Shown: positions 40,168-50,364 of the stretch, one piece after another
How positions within the stretch are numbered: the stretch's first letter is position 1
Layout of the letters: each line of letters starts with the position of its first letter
Assembly (NCBI GenBank): GCA_051362555.1
Contig: CM120648.1
Coordinates: 13,388,587-13,452,586, forward strand
Length of the DNA stretch: 64,000 nucleotides
Source of the DNA: Lingula anatina
Taxonomy: Eukaryota; Animalia; Brachiopoda
Direction: 5' to 3'
The notes under the pieces: model-generated
Told to the model about the DNA's origin: nothing
What the model saw: only the letters and a program-made list of their open reading frames with translations
The model's database searches: none
Position numbers and translations under genes: made by a program

Positions 40168-40644
40168 CAAAATTGCTGTGGTCTCTCCTGAAAAAGATTC
40201 TAAGTGAGTGTTACAGAGCCAAACTGCTCAATATCAGCATCAACGATGTACTCGCTGATCTGGTGTCGAGAAAACGACGTACATGTATGTCAACCAGGGT
40301 CCCGCAACTCGAAAGCATCGCGTATTGCGAATAGCGATATCACACAGAGGCTGCAATGTATTATATGGGGAGAGTATGGGTGAGTTATGGAATCGAGACG
40401 CTTGCGCTCGGTCGCAATGCGTGATGCTTTCGAGTTACGGGGCCCAGATCCCAGGCAACAACTCTACCACGCATGCGCCTTGACGAACGTGTGTTCTCCT
40501 GGGAGGCAATGGATTCCGAACATGGTGAACTGATGAAGACCGTGATCTGTTGGCAGTGGGCTAACTCCAGCAATGAACCTGGACAGAAGGAATGGGAAGG
40601 CACAAGGCAGTCATCGACTTGGAAATATTGGATGATATTTCAGG
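40168..40644 (+). pseudogene. Dead third copy of the NACHT-like module exon
   Basis: Highly similar to exon 35962-36283, but interrupted by a 147-bp MITE with an in-frame stop and by a 1-nt deletion near 40600. Splice sites are retained. Confidence 0.85.
40298..40444. mobile_element. PIF/Harbinger-like MITE with CAG TSD inside the dead exon
   Basis: About 33-bp TIRs. The empty site ACCAGATC is visible in the paralogous exon at about 36081. Confidence 0.88.
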
Positions 40645-40896
40645 GTAAAGGTTCTAACTTTTTATAAATGTAACTTTAGAATACTGAGTTTTTGTTAATA
40701 TTTTATTTACCAGGTGCAGGTGAGGTTTAATATGTATGTGTATATTTGCAAGTAATTGTATTTTACAATAAGTTATATAAATAATACAACATTTTATTGC
40801 ATTGAGTGAAAGTAACTGAAAGTAACTTCAAGTGTTAATATCAATAAATATTTTAGCATATTAATTTTTTTGATATATTTTTTTCTATCTTGCTCA

Positions 40897-40970
<74 letters not shown>

Positions 40971-42041
40971 TGTAAATATCACAACACTAGGAACTTTATG
41001 CAGAACTTACATGGTTATTACATTCAATAGCCTTATTTTCGATTTCATATTTTTACTTTTCTTTCAGTTTAGACCGAAAGCATAGGTGTCACACGTTCCA
41101 TGTTAGTTGTCAAACTTAAGGTATGTTGTTTCTCTTAGTCCTATAACTGATTTTCGTTTTAGGGTCACTAGCGTCATTTCCACTGGTACTTGGACATTCA
41201 TCTAGATGACATAAATGAAAGAAGACACATTGACTTCGTAATCCAGAGAGCAAAACTGCACTAAAATACCGAGAAACAATCTGAACTATAAGATATCACG
41301 AATGAAGCAAGGCGGGATTTCTGGTCGGTCAGTATAAATTCGGGGGATACAGTTTGTAATCTTAGGCCTAGAAAACGAAGACAACAAAGAATTTTAATAA
41401 GAGAGCTCTTCTTTATTTTTGACTGTGACGCAGACGTAGGTTGGACAACCAAGAACTGGTGCGTTTCTTTGGAGTTTTCCAAGTCCTGGCAGCTGAACTT
41501 GTTCTGTGCTTTGACCAAATTGTCACAAACCAAAACGGCGGCATTGACAAGAGCGGGTTTAGACTCTTGAATTGGCGGATTATGCAAGTTTTCTGGGGTG
41601 CAGAAAGCGTGGCGCCCTTTAAGTATCGTTTACAATTACCAGAGGTACCTACTATAGGTTTTGTCAATTTGCCGACTTATCTTAACTTGTAGGCCTACAG
41701 AAATCACAATAAATAAATCAAGATAAAGTCTATTGGTAAAAAAAATGCAATTCATTATCTTTGTTTTTTTTCCGCGCATGGGCATTCGTTTTTTCGTTTT
41801 TTTCCTTTGTTTTGTTGGTCTATTGGGTTTTTATCAAAAGATTTGAATTTCAGATTTTTACCGCCCTCGTTTTTAATTAATGCTTTAATTAATGCTTTGC
41901 TGAGGAAGGGTGGCTTTGAATCAATGGAGTACGATTGTTTATATTGTTATTGTTATTATGTGTTTGAAAGCGAAAAGGGTCTTATGATTTTATGAGAAGA
42001 GCGCGTTCGTCAAGGGGCACAATTGTACATTGTCTGACTAA

Positions 42042-42300
42042 GACTGGGTCCCCACACCTAGATCGATCTAACAGGATCGATCCATATCCGAGGGGTTTCT
42101 CTCTAAATTGCTTTCAGCTTAAGCGGCTTAGATGTCTGGCACTCCTACTGAAGCTGCTAAACGATAATCAATTACCCTCTAGCAGCTTCAGTGGGTGTGA
42201 CAGACATCTAAGCCACTTAAATTGATTACAATTTAGCGAGGATCCCCTCGGAGATAGATCGATCCACAGTTAGTACGATATGGGGTCTGGGAATGGTCCC
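42042..42300. mobile_element. Palindromic Harbinger-like MITE (related copy)
   Basis: GACTGGGTCCCCAC...GGGAATGGTCCC with an internal hairpin. Confidence 0.7.
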
Positions 42301-42724
42301 ATAGCTGGCTGGGGTCTTGGCCAGTGCAAACACATGTATGTTTCACTGGATTTCATTCATTTGTGAATGTATACGTAAGTATAAAAAAATCAGACAATTC
42401 TTTGGTTCACTTAGCATTTTGTTCAAAAGTGCAAATTCAAATTATTTTCAGCTTTGTACTTTTACAGACTAAATCTTAATTAAAAATCTTTATTTAAAAC
42501 ATTTGAATCCACTTTTGATTACTTTCTCAAATTTCCGATGATTCTGATTTTTTTGTATCTCTTTAAAATCTCCCCTCCCCCATCCAAAAATGAATAAATA
42601 AATAACTAATAAGGTCTGATTGCCTTCTCGCTGACAACTTCGTTTGCAGCGGCATTAACATTGTGCTTGCACCTGTTTCGTTACAGAGATGAACATCACT
42701 TCTGGCCAGTTTATAACTCAAGGC

Positions 42725-43250
42725 AAGCTAATTTGCATATAAGAAAAAATGCAGTATTTTTCTTGATTTTGAGTTGTTTACACATTTCCCATTATCCTTA
42801 AAAGCGTTGTCCTTTATGTTAAAAAAACTTTGAAAGATTTGATCGACACGCTCTGTTTATTAATCAAACCAATGTGAAAAAAGCTTTCATATCACAGGCG
42901 TGAATCAGGTTTCTACGTCCAAGTCATATAATTAATTTTTGTTAAAAGGCGCCAATAACTGCACTTGCCCAAAGTAGGTCAATTGCCTGTATAAAAATCC
43001 TATACGATTATTGATTTTGTGTTTGGACGTTTTTTGGGGGAAACACAAAAAAGAAAATTATCAAGATGCCAGAAAAATATATGGGACTCTTGGAATCACT
43101 GAAAAGCATAGCATATTGAAAACTTTTTAAAGGACGAAAAACTGGTCAAGTTCTCTAGTTTTGCGCCGTAAAATTTTACAGGCATCTTGGCAGAATCTAT
43201 AATTATTATTTCACCTGTCTCTCCCCGAAATGTTGCAGACCGCGTTAATT
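42725..43250. repeat. Dispersed repeat, second copy at about 50712-51210
   Basis: Shared blocks CTAATTTGCATATAAG, AAGTAGGTCAATTGCCTGTATAAAA and CCGCGTTAA. Confidence 0.75.
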
Positions 43251-43567
43251 GTTTCGCTGTACGTGGGATATATATATATATAGGAACCAGCAAACGATAC
43301 TGTGAAAGGAACAAGGGGCAGGGTTGGGTGGATGAAGGGAGGGGGGCTTACTCCCGTCACTCTTTCCAGTCACATCAGTCTTTAGAGCTGGACGCGTTGG
43401 GAGGGGGGGGGGATTTTCATGTCGCGTGAATATATTCATGTCATTCAAATGAAAGAGATGGTGTCTATTTCTTTGTTAAAAAAGACCGCGTCACAGTGTC
43501 ATACAGTGAAAACGAACCCATGCCCGGTTTGTACATTGTGGGTGTACCAGCAAAGAAGGCAGGTGTT

Positions 43568-43799
43568 AAGGGGCGGATCCAGGATTTTTTGAAGGGGGGT
43601 CCGCGGATGCAAAGCCGACCCTTCCCCCCCCTCTCCCCCCCCCCCTTTCCCACTGGGCGGGGGGGTTGGGGCCCCACTGAAATATTTTTTACGGTTTGGG
43701 AATATGATTCAGTTAGTCAAAATTCTAAGTACAAGGGGGGACCAGAAATCGAAGGGCGGGTCGTGACCCCCCTGACCCCTCCCTCTAAATCCGCCACTG
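43568..43799 (+). mobile_element. Short copy of the CAGGGGCGGATCCAG element
   Basis: AGGGGCGGATCCAGGA...AATCCGCCACTG. Confidence 0.75.
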
Positions 43800-44988
43800 G
43801 ATGTTGTTGTAAATTACTGGCCGGTCAATTAGAACAAAATTATGAAATCGAAGTTTGGATAAAATATACACACACTGGACAATAGAAGTGTCACCCCCTA
43901 AATCAGAGTAATCAAAGTAGGCAGATCTTGGGTAGTTATAATGCCTGGTCTACTTATAATGTGACTAATGAGTAAAAAATCGCTGTACCATGGAATTGTA
44001 TTGTTGGTCTTGCACATGTACAGCAAATGTTATTCCTGTCTTCATCCAATGTGGCAAGATACAGGCAATTATCTAACGATTATAGACATCAAGTTATTAA
44101 CCTGAAGAGGCGGAATATAAGCAATGTCAGAATATCGATACAGTTGAATTGTTCAGTCAGAACCATGCAAAGGGTCTGGTCTCGGTATAGAAACACTGGA
44201 TCAAGAGACAAATTGCCTCTGATGGGTCGTCCAAGAAAAACTACTGGCCGTGAAGTCCGACGGCTGATTTTAATGTCCAGGTTGTCAAGGCTCGACACTG
44301 CTTGTCAGTTGACAACACAGTGGAACAAATTCACACATAAGAATCTGTCTGTGAAAACATGCTCAGAGTGTACAGCAGGGTAGCAAGACTGAAACCTCTT
44401 ATATCGTTACAAAACAGGCAACGTAGAGTGAACAAGGGCCAACAGGATCTGGAACTGGACAGTGCATGGCAATTGGTCCTATATAATGTTTTCTGATGAG
44501 TGTCACTTTGATCTGATCTCTGATGACAGACGGGTCCGTTGCTGGCGAACTGCTGGTAAAGCATTTGAACAACATGCACTGAATTTTCGAACCCGGAGCA
44601 GCATATCCATCATGGTGTGGTGCTGCATCAGCATCAATGGCGTGTGTGATGGAAACATGAATCACCAGAAATACACACAATCGATGTTTTGGAGTCAGGC
44701 TTGCTACCATCTATTACTAACATGTTTGGTGACAGGAATTATCCATTTGTTCACCAGGATGACAATGCTCCTTGTCACAGACCCAGAGCAGTTGATGATT
44801 GGTTTGACCAACAGGACATTCGCAGGGTGATGAGGCCTGCCTAGAGTCCGGATGCAAACATAATAGAAAATGTGTGGAATGATATCTCAAAACTTAACAA
44901 ATGCCCGTCCAACCAGCAGACAAATAAAACTCTGTTAGATTCAATGTTTCATGCTTGGGCCAGCATAAGCCCTGAACGCATCAGACAA

Positions 44989-45156
44989 CAGGCCCGTAGC
45001 CAGCAATTTCAAATGGGGGGTTCGTTTTCTGAAAATGTGGACCTTTTACCACAAAAACCTTCATGTACCTAGATCAAATTTTATCTAAAGTGGACCTTTT
45101 CCCAGCAAAAAGGGCAGTTCTTTTGAACCCCCCGAACCCCCCTGGCTACGGGCCTG
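44989..45156. mobile_element. MITE (CAGGCCCGTAGCCAG TIRs, TSD GACAA) inserted in Tc1-B
   Basis: Perfect 15-bp TIRs and a 5-bp direct repeat. Confidence 0.85.
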
Positions 45157-45195
45157 GACAATTATATGAATCCTTGCCTCGCAGACTGGCAGTTA

Positions 45196-46855
45196 CAGGG
45201 TTACCACTTAATATGGAATATTATTTTTTGGCGAATAAATTTTCTACAAAATATTTAATTTCTCTCTAACTACTTTAAATCCAAAGCTGAGGTGTCACTC
45301 CATGTGTAGCCAGATGTGTTACCTAATTACCACACAACTCTCGAAACAATTGATGCATGCAGTTGCATGTTCTGTGGTCAGAAATGTGAGGGGTGGTCTT
45401 TTCGGCAATTTCTGCCCTTGTATAAAAACGCATGGGTTTGGTCAATCTTTGGAGCGTGTTTAGAGAACCAACAAAGGGATCGCTCTGAAACTTGACAGGT
45501 GCCTTAATGAAGATATGGTACGACAGCAAAGCAACGCAGCTTACTATAGGGTTCTTGCTCTCAGAGAAAATGACCAGAAACGGACAGCCATTGCCAGGTA
45601 ATTCAACATTTATCAGGAACCGTTTGTGAAGTCCTCCAAAGAAATGCTGCTACAGGGGCACCTACTCCAATACCTCGAACAGGGTGTCCGCGTATCACAC
45701 CAAGAAGACAGGATCGCCTTCTCCTTAGTGTACGCCGTGCTGGTCGTACAAAGACAACCAGTGTCCTCAGAAAAGAGAGGCAGAATGTCATTCAAACGCC
45801 CGTTTCAAGGTCCCACGTGAACAAGAGATTTCTGCAAGCCGGTTATTTTGCACGAAGGCCAGTAGGGAAACCACTGTTAACAGCAGGTCATATACAGCGA
45901 CGTCTGCAAAGGGCTGGGGACCACGTGTTTTTGCAGCCAAAACACTGGAATCACGTTGTTTTCAGTGATAAGGCCAGATACGGATTTTTTAGGGTTGATC
46001 GTCGAATCCGTGTCCACCGACGTGTACGAGGGGCATAAAACAATGATTGTGTACTGCCTAGGGTGCAAGCAGGGGATGGTAACGTCTCTGTTTGGGGAGC
46101 ATTTCATGTCGGTGCCCAGAACCAGTTGGTTTTTCTAGGAGGCAACCTCATCCAGGATTCCTACAGAGACGTTCTACAGCAAACAATGCTTCGATTGGTA
46201 AGATTCATCTTCAGGAACAACTTTGTGTACCAAGACGACTGCGCAACCCCACATCGAGGCCGCAGAATCACTGTTTTTCTTCAAAACCAATGGGTTCAGC
46301 AACTGCCCTGACCTGCAAACTCTCCAGATATGAACCCAATTGAAAATCTGTGGGCGGAAGTAACTCACAGATTTAATAGCTATGGTCCTCGGCCGTTAAA
46401 TAGTGATGAACTGCGACAGGCAAATATCACTGCGTGGAATGATATCCCCACCCAAACTCTAAAAAAACGTGTCACAGGATATGCCATGTAGGATGAGGGC
46501 GCTGCAAGCGGCTGCTGGAGGTCATACCCGCAATTACTGACTTTTCATGATTTACTGTAGTGAGTTCTTTGACTGTGTAACATATCACTGTCCGGAGGCT
46601 ATCATTTTCTTTAATATCTTATCTTAAAGTTTATACTGACATCAAACTGTTGATATGGTTTTCTGGGGGTGTTCCTTTCTTTTGAATGCCATCTTATGTC
46701 AGATTTAATATTATTGACCAAAATATCTCACAACAGAAGACTGGATGTTATTATCACTCAGTGACGTACTTTTTTAATGACTCAAGCCAAAAAAATTTAA
46801 TCAGCACTCAAAAATAACAATGATAAAAAATATTCCATATTAAGTGGTAACCCTG
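45196..46855 (+). mobile_element. Tc1 family A, full-length copy nested in Tc1 family B
   Basis: Near-identical to 24297-25947, with TIRs and TA flanks. Confidence 0.95.
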
Positions 46856-48010
46856 TATTATTTGGTTACGTGGCTATGTTATTAAGTACTAATTTTGGAC
46901 TTGAAACTGCATATCTTGGTAGAATGTATATTCTGTTCTCATTTTGTGTTTTTTTGTGAAATTTGATGTTAATAAAATGATACCAGGAGCATATCATTCC
47001 ACAGTCATTTATCTCCCCCAAAGTATTGGTTCAGTAGGGGTGACACTTCTATTGTCCAGTGTGTGTAGAATCCTAATACAGTATTGGGTCTAGCAATGAT
47101 ACGTATAGATTACCTTTGAAAAACACAAATTTAAAGATTAGCTATTATTTAATACCTCTTGGCTTTTTAAAAGGATAACAACTCTTCGTATGCGATTCAT
47201 ATTTCACAATAAACAACTTATAGAAATATAATAATTTTTTAACCACCAAACGGCTGTTATCGCAATTATTCTGGAATCTTTGCTTGCTGTCGGACAACGT
47301 TATCTCCATAGATGACTATCCTCTGTAAAAATCTCTTAAGAGATTAGGCCTATAACAAATAACCAAACTTTTTTATTAAAAAAACAGGGACTAAGTGTGG
47401 ATGTCGGAACAGATTCATTAACCACTGGTTTTGAATTGTCATTTACCCCAGGAAAATCTATTTTTATTGGTATTTGATGGAAGTGTCAATTCAAGTTTTT
47501 CTTTCCTATTACCTATATCTATTTTCTTCCAGTTCCAGTAACTAAACATTGTATATTCAGGGTCTTTGAATTGACCGCAATACGAGTCGCTAACAAAAAC
47601 ATGTAGCCCGAAGGACATTTTCACCAGGGGCGCCCTTGTGCGTCTCTGCGGCCGTACCTGAACAGTCTATGCATCCCGGTGGATATTCCCTTACAGTCGG
47701 CTGATTATCCATAAAACAACCCCTAATCCTAGGATATACCATTCCAGCAATTACAAGACACGGGCATTTTTCTTTAATAAGAAATACATGTACCATACAG
47801 TAGGTGTATGTAGAACTGCTCCCGTCCGCTGTTAAGGCGGGGATCCACACCGTCTTCGACCGTGTTATTTACTGAGTGTTCAGTGAAATCGTATATTTAT
47901 CATGATGTCCAAATGTTTTAACGTTTACCTTTAAAAAGTTAAATACAGACTGTGGGTCCGCTATCACTCCTTACGACAGCGGTGATATCAGCGTATATTA
48001 TTCAAATTTA

Positions 48011-48041
<31 letters not shown>

Positions 48042-48282
48042 TGTTCTTTTTTTTTGGGGGGGGGAGTACCCTGTAACAGGGCTGCAGATTAATTATGTGT
48101 ACTTTATGTGTACTTTTCTCTAATGGAGAAATTTGCCATGTATTACCCCGAAACATATCTGTTTTAACATATAAATATATGAAAATATATTTATCTGAAA
48201 AAAATCAATATGTGGCCCTGGTAGAAGGTCAGAGATTTTAGGTACATTTGTGTGTTCAGAAAAAAACATTTTTTTCTGTTAT

Positions 48283-48283
48283 G

Positions 48284-48318
<35 letters not shown>

Positions 48319-48345
48319 CGCGTGCGTGTGCGTGCATAGGGGGTG

Positions 48346-48379
<34 letters not shown>

Positions 48380-48391
48380 ATAGGGGGTGGG

Positions 48392-48428
<37 letters not shown>

Positions 48429-48441
48429 CATAGGGGGTGGG

Positions 48442-48478
<37 letters not shown>

Positions 48479-48491
48479 CATAGGGGGTGGG

Positions 48492-48530
<39 letters not shown>

Positions 48531-48543
48531 CATAGGGGGTGGG

Positions 48544-48578
<35 letters not shown>

Positions 48579-48591
48579 CATAGGGGGTGGG

Positions 48592-48630
<39 letters not shown>

Positions 48631-48646
48631 CATAGGGGGTGGGGAG
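48283..48646. repeat. Compound minisatellite: (TG)n interleaved with GCATAGGGGGTGGGGAG, about 7 units
   Basis: Directly visible; it explains the spurious HT/CV ORFs. Confidence 0.95.
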
Positions 48647-49383
48647 TCTGGTGCACAATAATAAAAGAGTTCTGATGATAGACCATATATCGATCTTCAC
48701 AAATACATTTTGAGCCTTACTTAATGAACACATGACAAAGTTTTTTCATCATATAATGTTCGTTTTCATTTCTTACACTGCTATTTTACTTCCTTACACT
48801 GAAAAAACTTTACCTAGACCCTGTCAAACAATAAATATTTCCGACTGAATCCTTTTCAATTTAGAAACAGAAATAGGCCTATAAATGACATAGTCCTATT
48901 ATTAGATATACATGTAGATCCAGTCCTACAGCACACTGTATAGCGGGAATAGCGCAAATTTGGTGAAGATTAAAAGTCACCGTTGGTTGGAAACGCTTTA
49001 ATACAACTTTACAGATTCGTGGTCAAAATATTTACGTGTAAATTGCTATAAGAAATTCCAACGCTGACAATAATAACCATTCAATATCATTTAATGTTCA
49101 CTCGTTGTTTGCTCAGGTTTATTCTGACGATCTGTGGGGAATCCCACTCTTTGATCTCAAACCAAAACAAAGCGTTCTTGAACATAGCTTCTTTTAAAAT
49201 CAGATTAACAAACAAGACGACTTAACTTCTTTAGACTTTACACAACGTAATAACAAGAACACAAACTATAAACAAATACAATATGTGAAATTACCTAAAA
49301 TGTTTGTGAATTTTTTAGTGTCAACGATATGCAGCAAGTCGCAACCACCACAAAACGCAGTCCGTCAAGAGAGCGCCTGTTAA

Positions 49384-49581
49384 GCCCCATTTACACTGTG
49401 CGGCGACCTGCGCCACGTTTGGGAAAAAAATACTTTACGTGCCCACAACTGGCCGATCATTGAGGATTCATTCTGCAACTAAAGCGATGTTTGTGCCTCC
49501 TTTCTACGACCACGGTGATGCCAGTTTTATGGTGACACAAAGGACGCATTTATTGGTCGCCGTACAGTGTAAAGGGGGGGG
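49384..49581. mobile_element. Harbinger-like MITE
   Basis: CCCCATTTACACTGTGCGGCGACC / GGTCGCCGTACAGTGTAAAGGGG with TAA/TTA flanks. Confidence 0.7.
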
Positions 49582-50213
49582 TTAGCGATGCGCTGCAAAC
49601 GGCATATTACATTTACAGAATGGAAGTAAAGGCTTTTTTTATAAAAAAAAGTTCAATTTACTTACATCTAAAGAAAGGTGTTGTGCAGGGGAGTGGATAG
49701 AAAAATTTGAGTTTTTTTTCAGTATATGCGATGAAATATACTTATATATCTACTCAAAATTCAAGTGAAATAAATGAATGCTTTCAATAGCTGGAGATAT
49801 GTTGCCAAATCCAACTTGAGCTTATTCACAACCTTACTACAGACTTGTTCTCCGCATTTAAACGGTAATAGTAGATGAAACGCATTTTGATTCAATCCAA
49901 ATAATTAATTGTTTCCTGAAAAATTCAATATCCGCACAAGTCTGTGAAAAATTTAATTCTAAACCAAGGACATTGGTGAGAAGTGCGTGATTGGATTATT
50001 ATCAGTTTGTATAATCAAAAACTGTCTTTAAAATTTCCTTTTGAACCACTACGATAAAGAACTGTAGTGTCCGACAAGCTTTTAAACTCTGAAATCTTTT
50101 TACTTCTGAATATTTTGACTGTATCTTTTTTTTTTCTTTTTTGTCTTAATTTTTTTCGAAATATCCCAATAAAAGTCAAATCTTTTCGATCACAAATAAA
50201 GAGAAATGCAGTC

Positions 50214-50364
50214 CAGGGCCGTAGCCTCCGGGGGGGCAGGGGGGGCAGCTGCCCCCCCCTGGAATTAGGAATTTTACACACCACACCCACCCCCCTCGGT
50301 AGCTTCGCCCCAAGTTGTGTCCGCTTACTGCCCCCCCTGGCATTTTGCTCAGGCTACGGCCCTG
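50214..50364. mobile_element. MITE (CAGGGCCGTAGCCT TIRs, TSD CAGTC)
   Basis: TIRs and a 5-bp direct repeat; GC-rich interior. Confidence 0.85.

Larger units (their letters stand above)
43869..47065 (+). mobile_element. Tc1 family B transposon (defective), host to two nested insertions
   Basis: TIRs CACACACTGGACAATAGAAGTGTCACCCC with TA flanks. Transposase remnants: HTH/GRPRKT (44027-44383), IMFSDE, HQDDNAPCH, SPDANIIENVW. Confidence 0.92.

Noticed and set aside
48283-48646. CRISPR-like repeat-spacer appearance
   Set aside because: The spacers are plain TG microsatellite, the DNA is eukaryotic and no cas genes are present.
48191-48733. His/Thr- and Cys/Val-rich ORFs
   Set aside because: Translations of the (TG)n minisatellite.
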